This document shows positions 39,699-52,935 of a DNA stretch of 64,000 bases, one piece after another. The stretch covers positions 86,056,001 through 86,120,000 of the forward strand of contig NC_043000.1 of NCBI RefSeq assembly GCF_006345805.1, given 5' to 3'. Every line of letters starts with the position of its first letter. Within the stretch, counting starts at the first letter, position 1. This stretch comes from Octopus sinensis (lineage: Eukaryota). The notes beneath the pieces are model-generated. The model saw only the letters and a list, made by a program, of their open reading frames with translations, did no database searches and had not been told where the DNA came from. Made by a program: the position numbers and the translations under genes.

Positions 39699-40065
39699 CC
39701 TTTCTACTAAAGGGATAAGGCCTGAAATTCGGGGAGAAGGGACTAGTTGATTAGATCGTCCCCAGTGTTTCACTGGTACTTAATTTATCGACTCAGAAAG
39801 GAGGAGGAGGAGGACGCCGACGCCGAAGATGCTGACGACGACGACAACAACAACAACAACAAATAATAATTCTTTGTATTATAGGCACAAAGCCTGAAAT
39901 TTTTGAGGAGGGGTTCTAGTTCATCACGTTCATGCCCTAATGCTTGACTAATACTTATTTCATTGATCACCCACCAAAAGAAGAAAGGCAAAATCAACCT
40001 CAGTGGAACTTAATGCCACTAAGCATTTTGTCTGGCATGCTAATGATTCTGCCAGTTCGTTGCCT
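39697..40065 (-). mobile_element. SINE family B fragments (two)
   Basis: ggcctgaaatt...ctagtt...cactggtacttaatttatcgac; ggcaaaatcaacctcagtggaa...cactaagcattttg...attctgccag. Confidence 0.65.
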
Positions 40066-40306
40066 TAATAATAATAACGATGATGATGATGATGATGATG
40101 ATGATGTAGACTTAGATACACTGATTGAATGAAACATTGCATTGTCATAACTGGTATGCCTTTGATCATAATTAGACTGCTTGGTTATTGCTAACATGTG
40201 GCTATATAACGATAAATTTTATTGTATTTACAATAATGTGGGCTTAATACGTTATTGCAAACCATCCAAATCACATATCTCTAAATTGTTACAGCAAAAT
40301 CTATAC

Positions 40307-40342
<36 letters not shown>

Positions 40343-41095
40343 CTCCACCACCACCGCCGCCACTACTAAGATGACTACGACAACGACAAAAATGATGTGT
40401 GTGTGTGTGTCTGTGTGTCTCTATGTGTGTGTGTATATGTGGTATCAATAAATACATAGGCAAGAAATCAGTTATTAGTGAGTGAGATATCAGAGATAAA
40501 GTACATATTTGACATATAAAATGATAGAAGGAGAAGTGATGGTGATATTAGAGATAAGTGTGAGATATTAGTGATATAACAGACATGACAAGATATTGAA
40601 GTAGAAGTGACCAGGTAAAGGGGGAGAGACAGTTGGGTATGAATAATGAAGGACAGAGGAAATGGATATAAAAAATACGATATAGGTGAATTAAATGTAA
40701 GAAATGGAAAAAAAACCCCTCCAAAACCCAAAAGCTATAAGATATAAGACTGTGTAGAAGTGCAGGTGATACTAGTCATAAAAAAAGCGAAAAGAAAGAA
40801 ATTCAGAAATATTCAATATAATTGATATATATGATATATAGCAATGAATGATCAATACCTTGAAAAACAGACAAAGAGGGAAAGGCAAATCTTTGTTATG
40901 TTTGTTTCTTGAAGAGCTTACTCAAGAATGTTGAACATTAATGGTATAGCAGGAAAGAGAGGATGCCAAGAATATGGTCAAGAAAAAACGCCCCAAAACA
41001 AATAATCAAACACAAATTTCAACTAAATAAACTGACGAGGAGAAAGACTGGTGCAGACACAAATGTATGCATCATATGCATATTCCATATATATA

Positions 41096-41133
<38 letters not shown>

Positions 41134-41140
41134 ATATATC

Positions 41141-41533
41141 TGGAATGGAATGGAAGCACTCCGTCGGTTATGACGATGAGGGTTCCGGTTGATCCGATCA
41201 ACGGAACAGCCTGCTCGTGAAATTAACGTGTAAGTGGCTGAGCACTCCACAGACACGTGTACCCTTAACGTAGTTCTCCGGGATATTTAGCGTGACACAG
41301 AGAGTGACAAGGACGGCCCTTTGAAATACAGATACAACAGAAACAGGAAGTAAGAGAGAGAGAAAGTTGTGGTGAAAGAGTACAGCAGGGATCACCACCA
41401 TCCCTGCCGGAGCCTCGTGGAGCTTTAGGTGTTTTCGCTCAATAAACACTCACAACGCCCAGTCTGGGAATCGAAACTGCAATCCTACGACCGCGAGTCC
41501 GCTGCCCTAACCACTGGGCCATTGCACCTCCAC
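41141..41533 (-). mobile_element. tRNA-derived SINE (OR-like head, tail type 2)
   Basis: Head and body nearly identical to 2348-2656 up to the agaaagttgtgg region, then a different tail ending in (TTCCA)n. Confidence 0.82.
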
Positions 41534-41809
41534 CTATATATCTATAGACATCCTTTCCCCACAAACACATACACATAATTATATACACGTCTGTGTGTGT
41601 ATGTGTGTGTATCTGTGTGATAAATGAAGAATCATAGTCAAAAACAAAGAACTGAACCTGTGCATGTGTTAATAATATTGGCATAATGACTCTCCCTAGG
41701 TACAACAAAAAGAGTAGTCAACTACGAGTATAGTGAAAGTGTGTAATATAGGCAGAGCTTGACTCAGATACATAATAAGCTTATCTGATGAGGGTAAAAT
41801 TGTTAAGTT

Positions 41810-41840
<31 letters not shown>

Positions 41841-41927
41841 GTGTACACACACACATATACTATATGTGCTTGTGTGTGTGTGTATATATATGTATATATA
41901 TGTATATATATGTATATATATATATAT

Positions 41928-41992
<65 letters not shown>

Positions 41993-42218
41993 CACATATA
42001 CATGTATATACATGTGTGTTATATATATATACATATATATACACACACAGGTATGGTGATGCAAACAGGAAAAATAGAGCTCAAAATATGAATTTATGTA
42101 TATTTTGAATATTTAGTAGAAGCAACAGAATGACTCAAGGTCTGAGAATTTAGTGTGTTGGTATTCATTGACCTTGAGTCACTCTGTTGCTTTCACTAAA
42201 TATTAATATATATATATA

Positions 42219-43312
42219 TTGGGTCATCCCATAAATAATGTGGTTTTTTATACTTCTTTTATTTTTCAAAATTAAGACAAAGTTCTTTTTTAATCTAAAA
42301 TATACTCTCCTTCATTTTCTACAATGCTCTTTCATCTATCTGGTAGACTTGCAAGGCCCTTGTCCAAAATTGATTTGTCCGTGACCAAAAATATGCCTTC
42401 AGTACTGTTCTGACCTCGTCTACAGAATTCATATTTATTCCATTAAAATGATTTCAAAGACTGCATAATAAATGATAATCAGATGGGGCAATGTCCAGCG
42501 AATGTAATGGGAAGGGCATCATTTCCCATTCAAACTGCTCCAGCCTTTGGAATGTCATCCTCACTGTATGAGGCTGAGCATTATCTTGATGGAAGAACAC
42601 CTTTCATCTTGAAACCAAAGATGGTTGTTTTTCTTTAAGTACTAACTTAAGCTCCTCAAGCTGCTTGCAGTAGATCTCCTCTGTTATTGTTTGGTTTGGA
42701 TTTAAGAGTTCAAAGTGGACTAAATTTTCATATCCCCCAAACAAAAAACAGTACCTTACATGGGTAAAGACATTCTTTAGCCTGGATTGCCAGTGTTTCT
42801 CCTTTCCCTGCCCACTGTCTTCGGCACTTGACATTTTTATAAAGAATCCATTTCTCATCAGCAGTCACTATTCAGTCCAAAAGAGGTTCATTCGTAAGAT
42901 GTGACAACAAAGAAGAGCACACATTCACTCTCTGCATGCGATTAGACTCGGAAAGTTTGCGAGGAACCCATTGACCCAATTTGTTGACTTTTCTGATGGT
43001 ATACAGGTATCGATGAATGATTGAATGACCAAATCCACACTTCTCTGCTAGTTCCTTAACAGTTATGATGGCATTTTGTTCCACCAGGGTTTGCAGGACA
43101 TCCTTGTCAAGCTCTACAGATCTTCCAGGAGGAGGCTCGTCTTCTAGGCACTTGTTTTTGGCTCGGAATTTCTGGAATTACTGTTGATACTTGCTTAAAC
43201 TTATTGTCTGATCCCCATATACTACATTAATATTCCTCACACTTTCCATTGTGTTGTTGTCTTTACTGAACACATAAGGAAAATATGCTGAATATGCTCT
43301 TTTGTCACTTTC
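42219..43312 (-). mobile_element. Mariner relic, same family as 11174-12425, missing its 5' TIR
   Basis: One TIR ttgggtcatcccataaataatg; KLGQWVPRKLSES and VHFELLNPNQTIT motifs. Confidence 0.9.
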
Positions 43313-43609
43313 CTGAGCATCTGCTAATGCATTACATGTACCATGTCCTTGCATTGTTGTTTTTTCATGTTTGTTCTTCTTTATTTGAATTTACTATACA
43401 AATATATATATATATTTAATTAAAAGGTAAAAGTTTTTATTTTTCAATCACTTTCAGAATTACAACAATTAGTGGCTTAGAGTTGAACTGCTCTTTCTAG
43501 TGAGTCAGATATCCTATTCTTTGGGTATCTCTTTGGTGTTTGAATGTACACTGTATTTTTATATATACATATACATATATAAACAATTTAAAAACAAGGG
43601 CAAAAGAAA

Positions 43610-43869
43610 AAATATTTCTATGCCAATATGCTGAGAAAAGACTTTAAATCGTCAATCACCACATTACAATATACATTCACTGTAAATACATGTTGTGCTG
43701 AAATCGAGGAAGGGAAGCCAACAGGAGTTTTTAAAATGAATTTAAAAAAAAATTCTGTTGGCTTTCCTTCCTCGATTTCAGCACGACATGTATTTATAGT
43801 GAATGTATATTGTAATGTGGTGATTGACGATTTAAAGTCTTTTCTCAGCATATTAGCATAGAAATATTT
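43610..43869. repeat. Near-perfect ~260 bp palindrome (fold-back)
   Basis: ~125 bp arms. Mirror ORFs on both strands give almost identical peptides. Confidence 0.95.
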
Positions 43870-44619
43870 CCTCTCCTATCATGCTGTCTCCTAACATTCT
43901 TCATCTTTTATGTCAATTACGCAGTTTTTCTCATCACTCTCCTTATCAATAACCAATATGTAGCTGTCTACCATGCCTCTCTTCAATTATTACCACCGCT
44001 ATCACCCTATTTTCTCTTACCACTCCATTTCCCCCCTATTACAGTCACTCTTCTGCCATCCTCTCATTATAGTACTCTTCCCTTCATCTTTCTCTCTTCC
44101 ATTTATCCTCTCTGTCATGTTACTGAGAACAAATAGAGGCAGCATAGAGTGGCTTCTTTAGTCTAGCTGGGGACAAGGCAACTTCTCCAAAGCTGGTACC
44201 ACAATAAAATATACCCAGCACACCCTTCAAAGTGGTTGGAATTTGTAAGGACAACCAACTGTAGGAACCATACTGAATGAAGAATGTGTGAATGAGACAT
44301 GATTCCAAAACATTCAAGAAAGCAGTAATTCTATATAAGAACTCATTCAGTCAATGATGACCTTGACAGTGGCAACAATAACAACAGTGATAATGATGAC
44401 AGTAATGACTATGATGATGATAGTGATAATATAAGTATGTGTGTGTGTATACATAGTGGGCCAAAAATCATGAATGGATTTAAATATTCAATTATTTTGT
44501 GTTTCCAATTTACAAGACCACAGTATCATATACAGTATATATATATATATAGGAAATAAATGTATACTAGCATGAAAAAAATCTTTAAAATTAGACAAAA
44601 GTAATTAAATATATATATA

Positions 44620-44970
44620 TAGGTGCAGGCGTAGCTGTGTGGCTAAAAGCTTGCCTCCCAACCACTTGGTTCCAGGTTCAACTCCACTGCATGGCACCTT
44701 GGGCAAGTGTCTTCTTCTATAGCCTCAGGCTGACCAAAGCCTTGTGAGTGGATTTGGTAGACTGAAAGAAGCTTGTGTATATATATATATGTACATATAT
44801 TCATGCGCGTGTGTCTTTGTGTCTGTGTTTGTCCCTCCATCCACTGCTTGACAACCGATGTTTGTGTGTTTATGTTCCCAAAGCTTGGTGGTTCAGCAAA
44901 GAGATTGATGGAATAAATACTAGGCTTACGAAGAATATGTCCTGGGGTCGACCTCTTTGACTAAAACCCT
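44620..44970 (+). mobile_element. SINE family A, near full length
   Basis: ggtgcaggcgtagctgtgtggctaaaagcttgcctcccaaccac...ggggtcgacctctttgactaaaaccct. Confidence 0.8.
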
Positions 44971-44971
44971 T

Positions 44972-45009
<38 letters not shown>

Positions 45010-45217
45010 TATATATGTATACATACATACATACACATATATATATATATATCTATATATATATTTATACATATATGTGTGTGAGTGTGTGTGTGTGTGT
45101 GTACATATATATATATATATATATACAGACACATATACATGCATGCAAACAGGTAGTGGAGAGTGAATGGTGGAGATGGTGGTAATAGTGATGTTTATTA
45201 ATATTATCATTATTATC

Positions 45218-45440
45218 AAGGTGGTGAACTGGCAGAATTATGAGCACACTAGGCAAAATGCTTAGTGGCATTTCATTCATCTTTACATTCTGAGTTCAAT
45301 TCTGCTGAGGTCAACTTCATCTTTCATCCTTTCAGGGTCAATAAAATAAGTACCAGCTGAGCACTGGAGTCAATCTAATTGACTTACTCCCTTTTTCCAA
45401 AATTGCAGGCCTTGTGCCAAAGTTTGAAACTAATAGTATT
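45218..45440 (+). mobile_element. SINE family B
   Basis: ggtggtgaactggcagaatt...gagttcaattctgctgaggtcaac...ataagtaccag...ccttgtgccaaagtttgaaac. Confidence 0.7.
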
Positions 45441-45460
45441 ATCATTATTATGCTGCTGCA

Positions 45461-45492
<32 letters not shown>

Positions 45493-46026
45493 CAACGATG
45501 ATGATGATTATGTATTATCATGTATATGAGTGTTTGAATAGTTTTGCTGTTTCAAAGATGAAAGGAAGACCATTAAAAAGGCCTGGAGTTCAGGCCATTC
45601 TCCTACTTCAAGCTGAGCTGAAAATACTGAGAAATTTTGAAATGTTTTTCAAAGAAATCTTTAAAATCCTTTTCTCTTTAACTATTGGCAGATGTTGAAC
45701 ATTAACAAATCCATCTGCTAGAATAATTTATGAGAAAATTTTGACAAAAGAGAGCTAAATGACAGATCTGTGCCATGCAGTTTGAAAATAGAGAAAAGAA
45801 GTTTTTCTTCAATTTCTGTTGCACTTTTGGAAACTATTTACTTCTCTGTAAAATATTTTGTGGTCACTGATAAAAGATGAAGTTAATATTGATTGATTGT
45901 TTTTGTAAGGTGGTGAGCTGGCAGAATTGTTAGCATGCTGGGCAAAATGCTGAGGCTGACTTTGCTTTCATTCTCTCAGTGGCAATAAAATAAGTACCAG
46001 GTGAAATTGGCTGAAAATAAAGGACT

Positions 46027-46960
46027 TCAACCGGTTATGAGTTCGTCTCTTACGCCCAACACAGAAAGTTTCACCATAAGTCTTTTGTGTGGCACAGAGT
46101 TAAAAGCCTTAGCAAAGTCCAGGTAAACAACATCCACCCAGGATCCACGATCAGTGATTTGGGTAATGTCCTCAAGAAACTCGATGAGTTGATTACAGCA
46201 GCTGGAGTTAGGAATAAATCCGAATTGTGACGGCTGGATGAGGCTGTGAGACTTCCAGAAGTTCCAGAGGGTTTCCCTGATACAGGATTTCATCAGTTTG
46301 GCGATGCAGCTAGTAAGACTAACGGGGCGATAGTTGACAGGTGATGTGCGGTCGCCTTTTTTGAACAGAGGGATAGCACTGGCAGTTTTCCACTGTTCTG
46401 GAGTAACACCATTGTCAAGACAGAATTGGAAGAATAGAGAAAGTTGGCTTAGAGGAAAGTACCCACTGCGTTTGAGAAGTAGGTATGTAACACCATCGAG
46501 ACCAGGAGAGGCATAGTTGCGTTTATTCTTAAGGTGGCGTTGTAGCATTGCTGGTGTAAATTGCATAATAGATATGGAGTTCGATGTCAGTGGTGATGAA
46601 GATGGAACATTTTGGTCTTCGACAGTAAAGATGCCGGCATAGCATCCAGCAATGATTTCTGCACATTCTTCGGGATTGCCAGTAATCTGTCCTGTGTGGG
46701 GATTGCGAAGGGGACCAACTGGAGAGTGGGGTCTCTGCTTTGAGTGCACATACTTCCAGAACACTTTGCTGTCAGGGTTAGCTGCAATGCGTTGTTCAAA
46801 TTCAAGCACTGCCTTTTTTGTCACCTGCTTGAGGTGGTTGGCTGACCTATTGCGCTTTTTCCTGTTGCTCTCTGATTTGTGCAATTTGTATTCCTGTTCA
46901 GCATTACAGCGTTCTTTCCTGGCAAGTCGGACTGCTGCAGTCTCCCAAATTGCACTATTG
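46027..46960 (-). pseudogene. CR1-group LINE reverse transcriptase fragment
   Basis: SKVFWKYV, ASPGLDGV, WKTASAIPLFKKGDR..PVNYRPVSLTS, QFGF, VDVVYLDFAKAFNSVPHKRL. Confidence 0.9.
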
Positions 46961-47602
46961 GGTTGTTTTTTTTTTTAATGTGAGATGGTAGAATAATAAT
47001 GATAATCAGTAGACAGGATAAAGACAAAAGAGACGACATGATGTTGGGAAGGTTGCATGAATGGCTGGGGAAGAGAAAGACACATGTAATGTGTTAAGAG
47101 AGTGAGACATATGTTGTTAGGTGGGAGAGATAATTTGTGGCTCAGTGAAGATGGGTGATTAAGGAAAGTGGGTGAAGAGAACAGTACTGATGGATGAAGA
47201 ATGGATAACAAGTGAAATGGTTCTGGGTAGTATAAAAAGTGGCATCAAGGAAGAACCGCAGTTAGGGAGCTGATGGGTGGTGGTGAGTGTCTTCAGAGGG
47301 GAAGGAAAATGGATGAAGGGACCAGCTGTGAATAGACATACACACAGACACACACACCACACTCATACCAATGCACATATATATACATAACAGATAATCT
47401 TTTAGTTTCATTTACCAAATTTATTCACAAGGCTTTAGGTTAACATGGGGCTAGAGTAGAAGACACTTGCGTATTCTATCATGTAATTCCTAAGCTACTT
47501 TGGCAAAGTTACCAGATACAAGATATGATGCATCAATGAAGGTGGATAAGATTTCAGAGCAATTCTATCAATTTTTACATTTTTGTGCTCACTAACATAG
47601 TC

Positions 47603-47821
47603 CATACTAAGCTTCACTGTGGAGTATATCCATAAGTCTTGAACTGTCACTACATTCATAAATTAATTAAGCTGACTAGATACATGAGCCTGTCTTACAT
47701 ATCTATTAAATTTAATAAATTTATGAAAGCAGTGATGGATATACTCCAATAAATATACTTCAATAGACATGTTTCAATGAATATACTTCAATGGATAAGC
47801 TACAAAGTGAAGCTTAGTATG
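47603..47821. mobile_element. MITE-like element with ~30 bp TIRs and ~14 bp subterminal repeats
   Basis: catactaagcttcact... / ...agtgaagcttagtatg termini; repeated t(g/a)(g/a)atatact(c/t)caa units at 47737-47797. Confidence 0.55.
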
Positions 47822-48539
47822 AAAAAGTAGACACTATTGAAAGGTCAGTAATTTATATTATGTATTTATATTAATTAAATATTGTTGTCCTTTTGGCATT
47901 CCTTATTACATTCTGGCAAGGACTGATAAATCCATAATAAAAGTATATCTCCCTTTGTTTCTTAATTCTCCTTTCTCTTGACTTTATGGTACATCCTTAT
48001 TAGATCTCACAAAGCTAATTTCTCCAATAGTTGCATTGCTTTGCTTTCACTGTTAATGAACAACTCTTTTTTTCCCCACTAAATTCATTTCATATAATTC
48101 ATTTGAATTATATGACCATACTTATAAAGTTGCTCCTTACATATACATTGGACAATACCTTTGATAATCTACCAATTCTCTATCCACTTTGTGGTCAGCA
48201 CAACAGACTGCAGTATTGTTCATTGAAGAGAAAACCATTAGATAATCCATTTTCATTTACTGCTGATATTCCACCTCATGATTCCTTTAATTGAGCATTT
48301 ATATAAACCTAATTCAATACAGAAGTAGAAATCCTTTGTTGTCAACAGAGATATCTCCTTCTCTGAAAGTATTAAAATAGCTGAAGTTGTAGTAATATTA
48401 CCAGAGATCTTTATTCAATGCATAGTTAATCTCACAGTAGTTATTTTAAATAACATTCCTTCCTCTGTAAGAAATTTCCAACACCAATTAAAGAAAGTAG
48501 CTTGGATGTTACTATGTTGCTTACTGTCTCACTGATTAC

Positions 48540-49080
48540 CCATATCATATATCGTATCGTATCGTATCGTATCATATCATATATCATATCATATCTATCA
48601 TATCATATCATATCATATCATATATCATATCATATCATATCATATCAATCATATCATATCATATCATATCATATCATCATATCATCATATCATATCATAT
48701 CATATATTTCATATCATATCATATCATATATCATATCATATCATATATCATATCATATATCATATCATATCATATCATATATCATATCATATCATATCAT
48801 ATATCATATCATATATCATATCATATATCATATCATATCATATATCATATCATATCATATCATATATCATATCATATCATATCATATCATATCATATATC
48901 ATATCATATCATATCATATCATCATATATCATATCATATCATATCATATATCATATCATCATATCATATCATATCATATCATATCATATATCATATCATA
49001 TCATATCATATCATATCATATCATATCATATCATATCATATCATATCATATCATATCATATCATATCATATCATATCATA
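48540..49080. repeat. (ATATC)n pentanucleotide array
   Basis: Direct inspection: atatc units with interspersed 7-mer and 3-mer variants. Confidence 0.95.
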
Positions 49081-49100
49081 TATATATATATATATATATA

Positions 49101-49443
49101 TTCCAACCTGCACACTGTACGCATTAGGCACTCTTTTACGTGCACCTCGTCTGGCCTTATTTACTGCATTAAATGCAACCTATGCGGGATGCTGTATGTA
49201 GGACAGACGGGACGCCGGTTGTCCGACCGTTTCACTGAACACTTGAGGGACGTTCGCCTACACTCTCTTTCTCCCGTCGCACGCCACTTCTGCTCGGCCG
49301 GCCATTCCCTAGATGACATCTCAGTGTTTGGTCTCGCCCCCCACCATGGTCGCCCACTTTCCAGGCTCCACTTGGAGCAACGCTACATCTTCACCCTACA
49401 AACTACCACTCCACACGGACTTAACACAGCCCCCTCCTCTTGA
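49101..49443 (+). pseudogene. Penelope-like (probably Neptune-type) GIY-YIG endonuclease C-terminus
   Basis: FTCTSSGLIYCIKCNLCGMLYVGQTGRRLSDRFTEH...PVARHF...LEQRYIFTLQT..PHGLN. Confidence 0.88.
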
Positions 49444-52400
49444 GTTCCTTTTTTTCTTTTTTTTTTTTTTGTGGACACACCACCCACACACACCCACCCA
49501 CCTACCTCCCACACGCACACACCCACCTACCTCCCACACGCCTGTTCACACACACACATACGTAGACCCATCTATGTACATACATTCACACATTTAATCA
49601 CACACACTTACAGACATACTAGCACACACTAACATACAAACCAACATGCACATACACACACACATACATACATACGCACACACATACATACTTAAACACA
49701 CACACACAGACATACATACACACATACACACACACATACATACGCACATACATACACACACACTCACACACACACACCGCACGTACATACTTCACACACA
49801 CACATGCAAACATACATGTAGGCACATACATACATACATACCCACACATGCACACCCTTACACTGAATGCACACACACATACACCTTTTTGCATCCAGGC
49901 AGCCCCCCCTCTTTTCTGCTTTCCGGTTTTGGCTGATGGATCCTCGGTTCCCGCGTAGCGGGGCGTTCGAGGGCCTTTGCGCTCGAGGGCCTTTGCGCTC
50001 GCGCGCCTTGGCGCGCGCTGGGGGCTTGGTCGGCCCCTTGGGCTTGCGTTGTACTGCTTGTGTGTTGTGTGCGTGAGCACGCTTCGTGTGTGTGGGCTTG
50101 CTTCGGATGTGCGCGTGCGTATGTATGCATACATACCCACACTCGCATGCATCCCTACCCACATACATACACGCACACCTACTCACACACACACATACAC
50201 ACACATACCTGCACACACACACACATACATACATACACATACATACCTACTTCAGACATACACACACACAGACATACACCCATACACTCACACTCACACG
50301 CATACACACACACACATACACACGCACACGTACACATACACACACACACACACACCTACATACATACATTACACTTGTATACACACACACTTACATTCAT
50401 ACACACACACACCTACACAGCCATACCCTCACTCAGACACACACATCTACCTACACACACACACAAACACACACGGACACACACCCATACATACATACAT
50501 CTACACACACACGCCTACACACATACATACACACATACATAAACACACACACATACACATATACACACATACGCACACACACATATACTTATACACATGC
50601 ACACACACACACATACATACATACACCCATATACATACACACACACATACCCACATACTCCTATACGCACATACATACACACAGACATACACACATACAC
50701 ACTCACACAAACATACACACTCACACATACATACACACACATACCTGCACACACACACACATACATACATACACACATACACACACACACATACGCACAC
50801 ACCAACATAAACACGCACACGCACACACACACACCTACACTCCCACACACATACACACACACATACATACATACACACACACCATACATACATACATACA
50901 CCCATACACATACATGCATCCTACACACACATACATACATACACACTCACACAAACATACACACACACACACAGACATACATACACACACATATACACAC
51001 GCCCACACACCTACATACACACACATATACACACGCCCACACACCTACATACACACATACATAAACACACACACATACACGGACACACCCATACATACTT
51101 ACATACATACACCTATACACACACGCCTACACACCTACATACACACACATGCATACACACACACATGTACGCACATACACACACATATACGCACATACAT
51201 ATATACCCACACACATGCACACACACACACACATACGCACATGCATGCATGCATGCACACGCGCACACCTACACGCATACACACACACACACGCACGTAC
51301 ACATACATACATACACACACGCATACATACACCCATACACATACATGCATCCTACACACACATACATACACACTCACACATACATACACACACACACACT
51401 CACTCACACACCTGTATGTACGCGCACACACATGCACATACACACACTTCCCCACACCCACACGTACATACATACACACTCACACACACACGGACATACA
51501 TCTATGCACACACATACATACACACATACTCACATACATTCATCGGACACACTGCCACCCAGACATACACACAGACACACTCACACATCCACACACATAC
51601 ATACTTACGCGCATACTCGCAGGCGCGCGCACACACGCGCTTGCGCCGGTTCGCGCACGCATACGCGCCGCATGCACCTCGCTCTTGTACCCGACGAGAC
51701 CTCCCGCCCGTTCCTGGGACCGTCGCGTGTCGTTGGGTTTTCCCACGCCCGTCTCCGCGGGACCACTCTTCCATCTTCCCCTCAGCTGGAGTCCTTTTTC
51801 CTTAACCCCCCCCCTTTTTCGTTACACACACGCGCACACATATACACACATTGCTTAAATATATACATTACTCTTATACACATTCAATCTACTCGCCATT
51901 AATACCACCACGACACTGGACACACACACACACTACTACTCAACACACGCTGGCACGCTACATACGCCCCCACCCCTTCCCCTCCCTCCCTTCCTCCTTC
52001 CTTCTTTTTCTTACTACTGACCTTGTCTGCTAAGCTGACCACTAGTCTCGCCCTACCTCACACGCCTACACACAGACGCACACACTAACACACACATATA
52101 TTTTTTTGTTTTTTCATCTCGCCTCACACACACACATACACACACACACGCACACACTCACACATACACACACATCTGTTGCGTTACCAACCTTGTCTCC
52201 ACTCTTTTGCCTTTAAAAACCCACTTTGCTCTGTTATTGTAAACATCCGCCTTTCACCATGTGCAACTCGTAAACACCAGTCGTCTTTTTTCTCTTTCCC
52301 TGTTGCCCGCTCTGGGATCTTTCTTTCCTCTCTCTTCCTTCTTTATATTTCCGACGAAGAGCTCCGCTCGAAACGTCATACCTCCCTGCTTCCATTTCCT

Positions 52401-52470
52401 GAGCGCCTATTAATAATAATACTGTAATTGTTCCATTGTTGTTGTTTTTTTGTTTCCCGTTTGGATTAAA
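49101..52470 (+). mobile_element. 5'-truncated Penelope-like element: endonuclease + ~2.7 kb CA-rich region + HHR-like 3' end
   Basis: Bounded by (TA)n on both sides. Ends with ccgacgaagagctccgctcgaaacgtc and a tail homologous to 13931-14140. Confidence 0.65.
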
Positions 52471-52494
52471 AAAAAAAAATATATATATGTACTG

Positions 52495-52630
52495 TGAGCT
52501 TCTTTCAGTTTCTGCCTAGCAAATTCTCTCAAAATGCTTTGCCCTACCCAGGGCTATAGTAGAAGACACTTGCCAGAGATGCCATGCAGTGGGAATGGAC
52601 TCAGGATCATGTGGTTGGAGAGCAAACTTA
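52495..52630 (-). mobile_element. SINE family A, 5' part
   Basis: gcttctttcagtttctgcc...ggctatagtagaagacacttgcc...gccatgcagtgg...atgtggttgg. Confidence 0.65.
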
Positions 52631-52935
52631 CAAATATATATATATATATATATATATGAGAAAGTGGATGAAGAAAAGAAAAAGGCAGTCAAAACATTTA
52701 GTAGGAGTTATAAGTATTATTATTTAAAACAGTTTTATAGTATCATGGACTTCTAACAGAAACCTGTTTCATTCAGGTTTAGATTACCAAATGGAGGGAC
52801 ACAGGAAGTTCAAGATGGCTGTTGGAAATTGGGTTGCTATTGGTCAAAGCAGGTCACATGATGCTGTCAAGATTGGTGATTCAGCAACATCAGTTTCATT
52901 AATAAGGGGAATTTCCTGGGCTGCGTGACTAACAA

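Noticed and set aside
41460-41533. tRNA gene
   Set aside because: The tRNA-like sequence continues into a multi-copy SINE body and lacks a proper acceptor stem.
41785-41812. CTGATGAG hammerhead core
   Set aside because: No downstream GAAA or stems. The same applies to the minus-strand core near 10435.
43618-43861. Mirror 77 aa ORFs on both strands
   Set aside because: A consequence of the palindrome; no protein features.
48502-49443. 313 aa ORF with ISYHI repeats fused to GIY-YIG
   Set aside because: The N-terminal part is translated (ATATC)n. Only 49101-49443 is genuine element sequence.
50086-51902. Long His/Thr-rich ORFs (up to 590 aa)
   Set aside because: CA-type microsatellites rarely produce stop codons; these are artefacts.
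52745-52812. Minus-strand HHR remnant (gaaacag...ctgtta-gaagt)
   Set aside because: The CUGANGA core is missing; at best a dead relic.
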